From: Eledone cirrhosa
Taxonomy: Eukaryota
Reading direction: 5' to 3'
Assembly (NCBI GenBank): GCA_964016885.1
Contig: OZ024740.1
Span: 77,872,001 to 77,936,000 of the forward strand
Length of the DNA stretch: 64,000 bases
The notes below the pieces were generated by a model. The model was not told the DNA's origin. It saw only the letters and a program-made list of their open reading frames with translations, and searched no databases. The position numbers and the translations under genes are program-made. Numbering within the stretch: the first letter of the stretch is position 1; every line of letters starts with the position of its first letter. This document shows positions 1-12,473 of the stretch, piece after piece.

Positions 1-553
1 TAGGTTGGTAGCTAGGTAGGTAGGTAGGTAGGTAGGTAGGTAGGTAGGTAGGTAGGTAGGTAGGTTGGTAGGTTGGTAGGTTGGTAGGTAGGTAGGTAGG
101 TAGGTAGGTTGGTAGATAGGTTGGTAGGTAGGTAGGTAGGTTGGTAGGTTGGTAGGTAGGTAGGTAGGTAGGTAGGTTGGTAGCTAGGTAGGTAGGTAGG
201 TAGGTAGGTAGGTAGGTAGGTAGGTAGGTAGGTAGGTAGGTAGGTAGGTAGGAGGGTAGGTAGGGTTGGTAGGTAGGTAGATAGGTAGGTAGGTAGGTAG
301 GTAGATAGGTAGGTTGGTAGGTAGGGTTGGTAGGTAGGTAGGTAGGTAGGGTTTGTAGGTAGGTAGGTAGGGTTTGTAGGTAGGTAGGTAGGTAGGTAGT
401 TAGGTAGGTGTAGGTAGGTAGGTAGGTAGGTAGATAGGTAGGTAGGGTTTGTAGGTAGGTAGGTAGGTAGGGTTGGTAGGTAGGTTCGTAGGTAGGTAGG
501 TAGGTAGGTAGGTAGGTAGGTAGGTAGGGTTGGTAGGTAGGTAGGTAGGTAGG
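1..553 (+). repeat. (TAGG)n microsatellite, imperfect
   Basis: Direct reading: taggtaggtagg... with occasional TTGG/TAGA variants; runs off the window start. Confidence 0.98.
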
Positions 554-699
554 CATGTTATTAGCTAAATATAAAGGTACATAGGGTGTACATAGGGGTC
601 TTCATTTTAACTACTCGGGTAGAGTGAGAGAGAGAAAGAAAAAGTGAGAAGGAATGAGAAGAGAGAAAGAGAGGGGCGTCAACGGTGCTTTAGGGTAGA

Positions 700-916
700 T
701 GTGTGTGTGTGTCAGAGAGAGAGAGTGTGTGTGTGAGTATGTTTGTGAGTGTGTACGTGTGTGTGTGTGCGTGTGTGTGTGTTTGTGACTGTGCGTGTGT
801 GTGTGTGTGTGAGTGTGTGAGTGTGCGTGTGTGTGTGCGTGTGCGTGCGTGCGTGCGTGTTTGTGTGCGTGTGTGTGTGTGTGTGTGCATGTGTGTTCGT
901 GTGTGTGTGAGTGTGT
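700..916 (+). repeat. (TG)n/(GA)n compound microsatellite
   Basis: Direct reading; it accounts for the HT/CV-rich ORFs at 611-982. Confidence 0.95.
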
Positions 917-1371
917 AGGAAGTCCTGAGAGAGATAAATCTAATCGTATTGGAAAGTTAGCTCTAATCTTATTCATTGACAAGTGAAAGCTTCTGACCCC
1001 CTCACATGAAAATGTCGCCAGTCCATTGACAGGCGTATTGTTTGTGTAACCAGATCAACGCCTCCACACATTCTGCTGCTGCACATGGCTATATATATAT
1101 AGTCAGATGAAAAAGTAACTTAAACACCATTATACCTTTGAAATATGTATAATAAAATATACATTTTGATTATGAGAATATTTTTCATTTATTAATATTT
1201 TGAATAATATATGTGTAGGTATGTATATTTCCTCTGATAGTTTGTAATATTTTTACATAGATCTATATGATATACAAACCAACACACATATATATCCTAG
1301 AAACGATCGTAAAATGATGATTTTTTTAATATAAGTAACTTGTTCTTTGTTTTTATCCATTGTTTTTATTA

Positions 1372-2060
<689 letters not shown>

Positions 2061-2327
2061 TAAACAATGAGTTATATGATTTGTGGATTATTATTCAACA
2101 GAATTAATTTTATAACAGATTTGAAGCACTCTACAATATTTTTCTGGGGTATTATTAATATTAACTTTGCCTTTCATCCTTACGGGGTCGATAAAATAAA
2201 GTACCAGTAATGCACTGGATAATTGCTGGCCTTGTGCCTAAAGTAGAAACAATTATTAATATTAACAATATTAATAAATGGAAAATATCTCTAAAATACC
2301 ATATTTGCTTTAAATATGGTATTATAA

Positions 2328-2426
2328 CTAGTCCTGTAGAATCTCTTCTATATTAAAACTGTTATACTCTGCTATGTATTGAGTACCTTACTTACTGTGG
2401 TTACCTCTGATTCAACCCGGAATAAT
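2328..2426 (+). mobile_element. 3' fragment of the hammerhead-bearing short element at 26693-26825
   Basis: ctagtcctgtagaatctc-tctatattaaaac...tatactctgc-atgtattgagtaccttacttactgtggttacctc-gattcaacccggaataa is near-identical to 26723-26820. Confidence 0.75.
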
Positions 2427-2919
2427 GTATATATACCTCACCCTTCACTCACTCATTCTCTGTTACTACCTCTCCTCCTCCTCCTTCTTCCCGTTTGACC
2501 TGTTCGTAATTCTTTTCTTTCGCACCCTTGGTCTGGCAGGTCGCTTTTTTTCTCTCTCTCGTCTACGATTTCACAGAACTTACGGTCACCGAATTCACAG
2601 ACTAGACCCCTTCTTCCTCCCGTTAGACCTGTACGGAATTCCTTCCTTGCTTACATTCCAACCAGGTTTGATGGTCTTTATTCTCTCTCGTTCACGATTT
2701 CACCGAATTTAAATTCATGGAAATTTGGCACTTGAATCCTTCTTCCTCACTTTTCGTTGCTTCACCATTTTGTTTGTTTACACTCCCGTGTCCCCTTTAT
2801 TTACGTGTCCCAACGACTTTTTTTAGCCGTTGCTCGCACCAACCGGAGGTATATGGTCTTTAAAGCGATGAAATACCAATGATGGTTGGAAGATCACTGA
2901 TGAAGGACTAACTTTATTC

Positions 2920-2955
<36 letters not shown>

Positions 2956-2968
2956 TACAATGGATACC

Positions 2969-3011
<43 letters not shown>

Positions 3012-3016
3012 AGTAA

Positions 3017-3050
<34 letters not shown>

Positions 3051-3467
3051 TCCCCCTCTCCTTCTTAATTCGTTTCTAATTTTTTTTTTTTTTTTTTTCT
3101 ATTTTTTATTTTCTTTGCGCTTTTCCTTTTGTGTTTTTCTTGAAGAATACCCGATACGTTGAATGTGTAACTCACTCGCTTTCTGTTAAGCGCGAAACTA
3201 ATACGACTTCATGTTAATGCATTTTCTTGTTTGTTCGTTTCTCATTTTCTTGACATACAAATGTGTGTGTGTGTGTGTGCGTGTGAATAGAAAATATGTA
3301 TAAGTGGGAAAAATTAAAAAAAGGAAACGGTGCTCAATCAGGAAGAAGCTGGTATTTTATATTATTTATTTATGTCATACACGGAACAATTAGGTCACAA
3401 TTTTGATCCTTCTTACAATCTGGATATATGGTCAATATTGGACCTTGAATACTTAGGTACCACCTTT

Positions 3468-3655
3468 GTTTCAGGAGGGCCGTGGGAGCAGCGTCCTCAA
3501 ACACTCCTTCCAGCAGGTCCTAGAAGCAATCGTCTCCAACAGATCCGGCTGGATCTCCAAGTGAGACTAGCCAAACTCATATATGTTATCCAATCATCTT
3601 GCTCTGGGTCTACCTCTGTGTCTTCTGCCCATTGGTTTTGCCAGTAAAATCTCCC
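3468..3655 (-). mobile_element. RTE-clade (Expander/Rex3-like) LINE 3' fragment
   Basis: Similar to 11770-11975 and 22080-22160 (ttatccaa-catcttgct, gatccggctg, ggttttgcc-gtaaaatct). Confidence 0.7.
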
Positions 3656-3967
3656 AAGCGATTACTTTCTATTTTCCTTCCCTCTCTCCTCCCTTTTCCC
3701 AATAACTTACCTAGTTATTGAACGCTCTAGAGGTAGATATATTGTCTTTAAAGCGTTGAAATATCCGGGACCCCCAGTAGACAATTGATGAGGACCCTAC
3801 CTCCCCCCATCCCTCGTTCTTGATTTCTTCTTAATTTTAAGCCTACCTTAACTAGCAACTACACAGCCTTCCTATTCTCGATATATATATATGTATATTA
3901 CGTGAAATTCTTACCGCTCCTTCCTAACTAAGATTGCTTCGCTTCATCGCTTCCCACATTCATTATT

Positions 3968-4346
3968 GTGAATTGGTAGTATCGGTAGAGGGTTGGACGC
4001 CATGTTTTCTAGCATAGTTACGTCCCTTTACAGTCTGTGTTCAAATCCCGCCGAGGTTAACTTTGCCTTTCATCCTTACGGGGTCGATAAAATAAAGTAC
4101 CAGTAATACACTGGGATAATTGCTGGCCTTGTGCCTAAGTAGAAACAATTATTATCTATTGGATTGGCAGTATTGGTAGAGAGTCGGACGCCATGCTTTG
4201 ACGCACAGAGTTGCGGCCCTTTATGATCTGAGTTCAAATCCCGCCGAGGTTAACTTTGCCTTTCATCCTTACGGGGTCGATAAAATAAAATACCAGTCAT
4301 ACACTGGATAATTGCTGGCCTTGTGCCAAAAGTAGAAACAATTATT
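3968..4346 (+). mobile_element. Two tandem copies of tRNA-derived SINE family A (3968-4153, 4161-4346)
   Basis: A-box-like tggcagtattggtag and B-box gagttcaaatccc, conserved body gttaactttgcctttcatccttacggggtcgataaaataaagtaccagt, and tail gctggccttgtgcc-aaagtagaaacaattatt. A partial copy also lies at about 2160-2255. Confidence 0.9.
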
Positions 4347-4734
4347 ATCTATTTCATCTAACCAACAACATATATACTTCTAATTATATAAGAGAAAAAA
4401 TAATAATAATATTATGAATATTAATAAGGTAATGCTTTTTACCTCAATCTAAAATCACAATTTTGCACTTAACAACAATTCCATGCACAACCTGTTTTTA
4501 TTAAATGCTTGCTTTACGCCCAATATTTGAAATGGGGTCTCTAGTCTTATCATTTTTGAATTTGGTAAACTTTATTCTTTCCTATATTTTCTGAAGAAAT
4601 GCAGTTATATGTATTGTGTTAATAATTGTTAATTACATTTTTCCGATTGTTTTAATATTGAAATATATATCTCTATTATATAGGCATGCAATGATATATA
4701 TGAATATATATCATGGAAAGAATTCAATCGCGAA

Positions 4735-5050
4735 TATAAGCGACCGAAATGGAGTTATTCCGAAGGGTGTTTGAAGTAGCGTTACTCAGTAGAGTGCGCA
4801 GCAGCTCAGAGATCAGCGAGTTGTTTCAGGTAGAACCGCTCCTTCTCTGAATTGAAAGATCACAGCTCCGACAATACGGACATGTGGTTAGAATGTCCCA
4901 CGAAAGAATAACTGGACAGATTTTACAGACAAAAACCAGCCGGCAAGAGATCCACGGGTAGACCCCGAGCAAGATGGTTGAATAACATCCATAAGCTCGG
5001 ATGGTCATGCTTAGGGAGCCAACCGGATCTATTGGAGACGATGTGTTCTC
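4735..5050 (+). mobile_element. RTE-clade (Expander/Rex3-like) LINE fragment, decayed C-terminal RT region
   Basis: Reads ...VEPLLL*IERSQLRQYGHVVRMSHERITGQILQTKTSRQ, homologous to the 22124-22372 translation; W/Y-xGHVxRM is the RTE C-terminal motif. Confidence 0.8.
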
Positions 5051-5230
5051 CATTTGTTTCAATCAACGAAATTGTCTGTTCGTAAAGTTTGTCTTTCTCA
5101 AGGATATGATGCGCCGCCTGGTCCGAGAATCGAACTCCCAACTATACAATCGTGAACCCAGTGCTCTAACCATTACACCACGCGCCTTCACACCCATACA
5201 CAAACACATACATACATATACATACATACA

Positions 5231-5838
5231 TGGTGGCTGCCAACTCGTTTTCGAGTACGGCCACCACTTTATATCCATGTAGGAGAACCCCTACCGAAGC
5301 GCTGAACGAGTGTGACTTTTTACTCCAGCCAGCGACTTGAAAACTCTGGTACAAACACTACACTTGTGACAATTATTGACACATAGTTCTGGGCCCATGG
5401 TACCATGAGACGACAAGTGCAAAGACATCCCCAGATATAAAGCAATGCCTGTGCCGTGAAGCTTTTATAGTGAGCAAAGGCACTGCACAAAGCCAGTCCC
5501 ACTCTCTTAACCAAGATGATATTTACCAAAAAGAAGAACAAGTCAACATCATTGGATACCATCAGGGTTGCAGGTGTTATATCAGAGTTTTCCTTCTCCT
5601 AGAATTCTGCCTTGACAAAGGCTAAGGGTTCATCTCTCCCGGTGATTTGGGATGGCCATTGACTCTTAAGAGCTCCTTTGCCCTTTGACAGGTTTTGTTT
5701 TTAGTCCTGCAGGATGTCGAAAGTCACCCTCCTCACCAAGAAACCTTGGTGGGGTTGCCAGTTTAGTCGCCAACGACCCGACCATGAGACAGGTTGTACT
5801 GGGATACATGTTACCAGTAGCACCAACTGGTGACCTGA
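5231..5838 (-). mobile_element. Bipartite RTE-derived non-autonomous retroposon family 1, full-length (~608 bp)
   Basis: On the minus strand it starts tcaggtcaccagttggtgctactgg, contains the RTE 5'UTR-like ctaggagaaggaaaactctg and a C2H2-finger-coding segment, and ends in the stem-loop ctcgaaaacgag then gcagccacca(tgta)n. Flanked both sides by (CATA)n. Confidence 0.85.
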
Positions 5839-5916
5839 CATACATACATACATACATACATACATACATACATACACACATACATACATACATACATACA
5901 TACATACATACACACA

Positions 5917-6524
5917 TGGTGGCTGCCAACTCGTTTTCGAGTACGACCACTACTTTATATCCATGTAGGAGAACCCCTACCGATGCGCTGAACGAGTGTG
6001 ACTTTTTAGTCCAGCCAGCGACTTGAAAACTCTGGTACAAACACTACACTTGTGACAACTATTGACACATAGTGTTGGGCCCATGGTACCATGTGACGAC
6101 AAGTGCGGAGAGATCTCCAGATATAAAGCAATGCCTGTGCCGTGAAGCTTTTATAGTGAGCAAAGGCACTGCACAAAGCCAGTCCCACTCTCTTAACCAA
6201 GATGATATTTACCAAAAAGAAGAACTAGTCAACATCATTGGATACCATCAGGGTTGCAGGTGTTATATCAGAGTTTTCCTTCTCCTAGAATTCTGCCTTG
6301 ACAAAGGCTAAGGGGTCATCTCTCCCAGTGATTTTGGATGGCCATTGACACTTAAGAGCTCCTTTGCCCTTTGACAGGTTTTGTTTTTAGTCCTGCAGGA
6401 TGTCCAAAGTCACCCTCCTCACCAAGAAACCTTGATGGGGTTGCCAGTTTAGTCGCCAACGACCCGACCATGAGACAGGTTGTACTGGGATACATGTTAC
6501 CAGTAGCACCAACTGGTGACCTGA
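5917..6524 (-). mobile_element. RTE-derived family 1, full-length copy in tandem with the previous one
   Basis: Near-identical to 5231-5838, separated by about 80 bp of (CATA)n. Confidence 0.85.
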
Positions 6525-6584
6525 CATACACACATACACACATACATACATACATACATACATACATACACACATACATACATC

Positions 6585-6680
6585 CCGATTCAAGGGATGA
6601 CAATTTCTTTTCTTTTACAACCTTGCCACCAGGAAGGTGGCCGGTCAAAAATATACTCGAAATTAAGAGAAAGAGATAAC
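6585..6680 (+). mobile_element. 3' end of R4/Dong-like lineage 2 (last codons and 3'UTR)
   Basis: cgattcaagggatgacaatttcttttcttttacaaccttgccaccaggaaggtggccggtcaaaaa-atatactc-aaattaagagaaagagata is the reverse complement of 50146-50240; flanked by (CATA)n. Confidence 0.85.
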
Positions 6681-7144
6681 ATACATACACCGACAGAGCA
6701 AAAATTTTAGAATCCACAGGTGCATCAAGGAAAAAAACAACCATCTAACCTTAATTGTATCCTACCACAACCACTGTCGCGACTACTGCTACAGAGACTA
6801 CTACATCATCACCATTACTACCACCACTAGAACCTTATTTGAAGTAGGCTAGGGTGGTGTTAGGGTAACAGGTTAGAAATGTGTCAGAGGTCAACAAGGT
6901 CATGTTTCCCAACAAGTCTGCTGGTGACATCAGCGATTGAAGGTGACACACTGTCAGTAATGCTCTAGCTGTGATCACTGATACTGGTACAATAGCTGTT
7001 GCTGCTAGTGTTGCTGCTGGTGGTGGTGTTGTTGATGGTGGTGCCGTAGTGCTGCTGCAGTTGTTGGTAAGTGGATAGACGAATGGTTAATGGAAAGGCG
7101 GTGATATATACGCGATAGTGCTCCTACGTGTGCAGCACCATTCC

Positions 7145-7238
<94 letters not shown>

Positions 7239-7433
7239 ATACGGAGTTCGATTCTTCGTAGTGGCCGCTGACAGCATTTTTCCATCTGTAAAGTTCATTA
7301 CCTGATTTTTATAAGTTATTTTATAGCAACTGACAGTAATTTTCAGTTATTTTCCGTAACTGAGCTTCTGACATCTCATAAATTTATTTCCTTGGCGCTT
7401 AGTAAGTTTAAAATTTTGAGCTTCTCATACGAC

Positions 7434-7494
<61 letters not shown>

Positions 7495-7523
7495 GTATGT
7501 ATGTATGTATATATGTATGTTAT

Positions 7524-7941
7524 GTCAGGTCACTCTCGAGTGCTACTGGTAACATGTAACCCAGTACAACCTGTCTCGTGGTCGGGTCGTCGGCGACTAA
7601 ACCGGCAACCCCACCAAGCTTGCTTGGTGAGGAGGGTGATATTTGGACACCCTGCGGGATAAAATACAAGACCCGGCAAAGGGCGGAGGAATTCAGCAGA
7701 GTCAACGGCCATTCAAAGAGTACTTTTTTATTTATTTCACCTGGGAGTGAAAGGCCGCCAGTTGTTGTTACAACACCTTTCTAGGAGAGGGAAACTCTGA
7801 AAAAAAAAAAACCTGCGGCTTCGAAAGCATCGGATGATGTTGAACAGTTCTCCTTTTCGGGTAGTGCTTTCGATGCTCAGAGAGTGGGATTGGTCAAGTG
7901 CAAGGCCTTTCCCCACTTAAAAAGCCTTCAAAGCACAGGCA
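7524..7941 (+). mobile_element. RTE-derived family 3, 5' module; the 3' part is replaced by a SINE A fragment (7942-8070)
   Basis: Starts after (TATG)n with tcaggtcactctcgagtgctactggtaac; homologous to 59630-60035 (minus) and to the family 1 5' module. Confidence 0.8.
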
Positions 7942-8393
7942 CAGAGGTTAACTTTGCCTTTCATCCTTACGGGGTTGATAAAATAAAGTACCAGTAATGT
8001 ACTGGGGTCGATTTGATCGACTTTCCCCTCCCCCAAAATTGCTGGCCTTGTGCCTATATAAGAAACCATTCTTGTGTAAGTTTGTTTTGCTAGATAGGTT
8101 GAGAAAACTTTAAAGGATATTTCGAAAATAAATTATCGGAGCGTGGAGTAGATTGAAATTCTTAGAAAATGTAGAAATGTCAAAGGCAGAAAAATAGACG
8201 GAAAAAAGTGGACAGCAACCGCTACGAGTTCAATTCTTTGTTGAGGTTGCTTGCCATTTTTTCCCGTCAATAGGGGTATTTTATCCGATTTTCTGAGCAA
8301 TTATGTTTAGCAATCAACTGTTGTTACAGTTATTTTCTGAGTTTTAGATTCCTGCATTTTGTAACACTTAAAAAGTTATGCTTTATAATATAG

Positions 8394-8760
8394 TTGGAAG
8401 GGTGTTGTAGGTATATAGACAATATTTTTGTCCTGAACTGCGGACACTTCGATGGTTTACTGCGTATAATTTATCTTAGTAGATTAGAGGCCAGCAGGAG
8501 TTGTTGCGATGTAAATGTAGTTAATTATATAGACGTCACTATTGAAAGGGACACTGCGTCTGGTGGGAAGAGGGTATTTAATAAGACGAAGGATTTTAGT
8601 TTTTAAGTGGCCAGGATGTCTTTTGCATCCAGTCGTATCCTACAAAATAATGGGATATAATCTGTTTTCTAGCCAAATATTTAAGGTACGACAGGATTAG
8701 CAGTTAAATTAAGACTTTTATTGAGGATGTTAAAAGGTTGTTTGTACACATGATTTGACA
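8394..8760 (+). pseudogene. Decayed Penelope-like element reverse transcriptase fragment
   Basis: ORF 8394-8606 reads CRYIDNIF...IIY..RL...VNYIDVTI...VFNKTKDFSF, and after the stop and frameshifts it continues SSRI...GYNLFSSQI/LRYDRISS. This follows the PLE RT pattern RYIDDIF..IYP.EL..FLD..YDKRDDF.F..SNIP..YG.F.SQ..RY.RICS, recalled rather than searched. Confidence 0.7.
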
Positions 8761-8970
8761 AGATTATGATTAAAATAAATGTTGGGGTGCTTTTGTCTTT
8801 GCTTTGGAATGAGGAGTGAGAGAAAAAATTCGGGGATGTTTTCTGATTTGCAATAGATTAGCTGGTGGCTAGATGCTGGGCGGAGTAGTAAAAGCTGGGG
8901 TCAGCAAAGGGTGAGTGCTTCATAATATCAAAGGTTTAGTATTGTAAATATTATTTTAGTTCTCTTATGA

Positions 8971-9435
8971 GGGTGGTGGATGGCCAGTATTGGTAGAGGG
9001 TCGGACGCCATGCTTTGCAGCATAGAGTTACGGCCCCTTACGATATGAGTTCAAATCCCGCCGAGGTTAACTTTGCTTTTCATCCTTATGGGGTCGATAA
9101 AATAAAGTACCAGTCACGCACTGAGGTCGATTTAATCCACTTCCACTCACCCCCACAAAAAAATTGTTGCCCTTCTGCCTAAATCAGAAACCAATATTAT
9201 TATTTAAGTTCTTGTGAGGGCAGGGGGTTAGCAGTATCGGTAGAGCGGAGAACATGTTTTATGGCATCGAGTTATGGCCCTTTACGTTCTCTGTTCAAAT
9301 CCTGCTGAGGTTAGCTTTGCCTTTCATCCTTACGGGGTCGATAAAATAAAGTACCAGTAATGCACTGGGATTAATTTAATCGTCTTTCCCCTTCCCTAAA
9401 ATTGTTAGCATTGTGCCTAAATCAAAAACCATTAT
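8971..9435 (+). mobile_element. Two tandem SINE A copies (8971-9200, 9217-9435)
   Basis: Same A/B boxes and body as 4161-4346. Confidence 0.9.
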
Positions 9436-9929
9436 TTTGGTTCTCTTGTTAACTTTATTGTATTTTATGTAATTGTGAGTGTTTGGTGTTCCAGCGCCAT
9501 GGATTGTCAGAATCGTTAGAGAGTCAGGCTGCTTTGCAGTATCTGTTCCGGCACGGTACATAATGTGCTCAAATCTTGTCTCCTGTCGCTGAAAAAAAAG
9601 AAAAGATAACACGATACGCCTGGGGCACCTATCATTAAAAACCCAAGAGACCTATGAAATATAACCTCATAGGAGGCCAGTTAAATCTACGCAGGTGTGA
9701 GCCATAGCAACAACAACAAAACCTGAACCATTTACAATACAGGATGATGATAAAATAAAATAAAAAAAAAGATTGTGCTCTAGAATTTATGATCACATCA
9801 CACTTCGTATAACATCCTGTATTATTTACATTTAAATCTATTACAAAAAATACACAGTTCTAAAATTTCGCAAAATTGTATTTATTGAGGGTATATGTTG
9901 CTGTAGGGATAGTGAGTTACTCAGTTAAT

Positions 9930-10226
9930 AAGGGGTCCTCCGTCGGTTTCAATGGTGAGCATTCCAGCTGGTCAATTTATAAAACTATCTACATATTGTA
10001 TTAGCGTGTAAATGACTGAGTATCCCACAGGCACGCAATTCTTTGATTTATCCACATAAGGCTTGAATATACTCGAAACTATGGCAAAAGACACTTGACC
10101 AAGATGTTACCCTGTAGCTTGAGCCTAGGATCTCATAATTGAGTAACAAACTCTTTGAATTAGAGAGGCAACATTTTCTCCATTCTGTCCGCTGGGACGA
10201 CTTGGAGGCTTGTACATGGACTCTCT

Positions 10227-10304
<78 letters not shown>

Positions 10305-10725
10305 CCGAGCCCGCATCACTGGAGTAACGATGTTGAGCTGTACTGTTATTGTATTATACGTATAACTTAAAGGAAACTTATTGACTGGAGGTATGTTGCT
10401 TAACAAACTCTTCTAACGTCTATTCAACTGTATCCCACAGTTTCTAGCTGTCTATTTCACTTATAAAGCCAGCCTACCTTGTCCCGAAGCTATGGTAAAA
10501 GTTACATGGCTCAGATCTATCGCTGCGGAATCGAACTCGGTACATCATGTTGTGCGACAAGGCATCCCATACAGTATTTATCTGACCGATTTCACTCAAA
10601 AGGCTTTAGTTGAATCGAAGCTATGATTAAATACACTTGGCTAACATAACATGTTATGCAGTGGAATCAAACCTAGGGCCTCATTATTGTGAATCAAACT
10701 TTTCACCCTTAGGCCATACCTGCGT
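9930..10725 (-). mobile_element. Decayed SINE family C fragments around a (CA)n tract
   Basis: Repeated cccacagtttc...gtcta...tttcactca-aaggc...gaagctat-gtaaaagacacttg...gtggaatc-aacc, also at about 32190-32345; has a CORE-like ttg-caagtgtc on the minus strand. Confidence 0.6.
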
Positions 10726-11021
10726 TGTTCAGTTACTTAGTCAATCACTAACACAGATTTAGTAAGGACAAATTAGTCATAACCTTGTCATTAATGTTTA
10801 TCTCCTTTATATTGACATTAGGTTTTAAATATAGAAAGTTGTTAAAAATCCTAAGGTGACTGATTATTCATAGTTTTCAAGTCCCCGCGCCACCCCCATA
10901 CCCTTGCTTTAGCTGTACTTTTTTGATTTTTATTTGTTGCTACTGTTGTTATTTTTTCTCTATGCTGTTGTCTTCTTCAATTATTATGGTTATTATTATC
11001 TTTATTATTGTTATAATTATT

Positions 11022-11054
<33 letters not shown>

Positions 11055-11272
11055 AAGAAGTAGTAGTAGTAGTTGGTGCTTAAAGTCACGTCGGTTGTAT
11101 GTCTGACTGCATTGTTTCCTTTTCGTGTTTAAGATATGGTGGGATTTGAGAAAGATTTGGTCACTATTTCTTGGGAAAGGTTCCCTAAAGGGCTTTCAGT
11201 TTAATGGTACCAAGGGGCCTTTGAGTGCATCTAGCAGAATTCCCCTTAACACAAACATTTGGGTCAGTCAGT

Positions 11273-11483
11273 CGATCGACTTTCGTCAAATCGGACCGAG
11301 GAAACAATGTTTCCGTTGGTCTTTCCAATTGCTAATACTATCTAGTCGCAACTCTAGGTAGAAGAAGCAACGTAAAATAAAGTGTCTTGCTCAAGGACAT
11401 AACGCATCGCCTGGTCCAGGAATCGAACTCACAACCTCACGATTGTGAATCCAGTTCTCTAACCAATCAGCCACGCGCCTTCA
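11273..11483 (-). mobile_element. tRNA-derived CORE-like SINE family B
   Basis: Reverse complement of 33794-34008. Confidence 0.9.
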
Positions 11484-11669
11484 ATAAACATTTGGGTCCG
11501 TAAAGTCAAAAGAGTCACCATTGGAGCAACAGAATCATATTTATGGAGTCTACAAGACAGAATGATTTGGATGTGGGGTGGTCATGAGAGTAATGGAAGT
11601 ATAACACATGAAGCAGAGCTCTTCTCCGAACCAGAAATTAGGAAAATTGTAGCGTTTCAAGCTACAGGG

Positions 11670-12035
11670 CCTCCTCCTCCTCCTCCTCCTCCTCCTCCTC
11701 CTCCTCCTCCTCCTCCTTCTTCTTCTTCTTCTTCTTCTTCTTCTTCTTCTTCTTCTTCTTCTTCTTCGCCCACTTATTCCTGAAAGGGTCGTGGGGGCAG
11801 AGTTCTCAAACACTATTCCAGCGGGTCCTGTCAGGAGCAGCCGTCTCTAACTGATCCGGCTGAATCGCCAAACGAGATCAGAGATCAGCCAAGCTCATAG
11901 AAGTTATCCAACCATCTTGCTTGGGAACTGCCCTGGGTCTCTGCCGGTTGGTTTTGCCCGTAAAATCTGTTCAACGATTGTTTCCTGAGACATTCTAATT
12001 ACATGTCCGTAATATCGGAGCTGTGAGGTTTCAAT
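11670..12035 (-). mobile_element. Expander/Rex3-like RTE 3' end with (GAA)n/(GGA)n tail
   Basis: The minus strand ends cccacgaccctttcaggaataagtgggc followed by (gaa)n(gga)n; the body is homologous to 22080-22220. Confidence 0.75.
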
Positions 12036-12044
12036 TATTTTTGC

Positions 12045-12472
12045 TGGATTGGCAGTATCGGTAGAGGCTCGGACGCCAAACTTTGCAACATGGAGTTATG
12101 GCCCTTTACCGTCTGCGTTCAAATCATGGCGAGGTTAACTCTGACATTCATCCTTACGTAGTTGATAAAATGAAGCACCAGTAATACACTGGCCTAGTTG
12201 CCGGCCTTGAGCCAAAAGTAGAAACAAATATTATTGTTGGTAAAAACGATTAATTGATTAACTCCTCCACCAAAATTTCTAGCCTAATATTTGTTTCTAC
12301 TTTTGGCACAAGGCCAGCAATTACTCAGGGCATTACTGGTACTTTATTTTATCGACGCCGTAAGGATGAAAAGCAAAGTTAACCTCTGCGGGATTTGAAG
12401 TCAAAATGGCAAGGGCCGTGAATCTATGCGTCAACGCATGGCGTCCAAACCTCTATCGATACTGGCAATCCA
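12045..12472. mobile_element. Inverted (tail-to-tail) pair of SINE A copies: 12045-12235 (+) and 12286-12472 (-)
   Basis: Both carry the family A body in opposite orientation, about 50 bp apart. Confidence 0.9.
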
Positions 12473-12473
12473 T

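Noticed and set aside
1-553. (TAGG)n as a telomeric array
   Set aside because: A tetramer microsatellite, not TTAGGG/TTAGG.
3140-3210. Additional hammerhead-like strings (3140-3200, about 33010, about 62790 minus)
   Set aside because: Only a GAAAC half or multiple core mismatches, without convincing stems.
5755-5838. HDV-like ribozyme at the 5' end of the RTE-derived elements
   Set aside because: Partial elements are visible (ccagt/actgg, tcg/cga followed by CTAA, ggtcac/gtggtc), and RTE 5' ends can carry such ribozymes, but I could not build a consistent P3/L3/P1.1 by eye; it needs a descriptor search.
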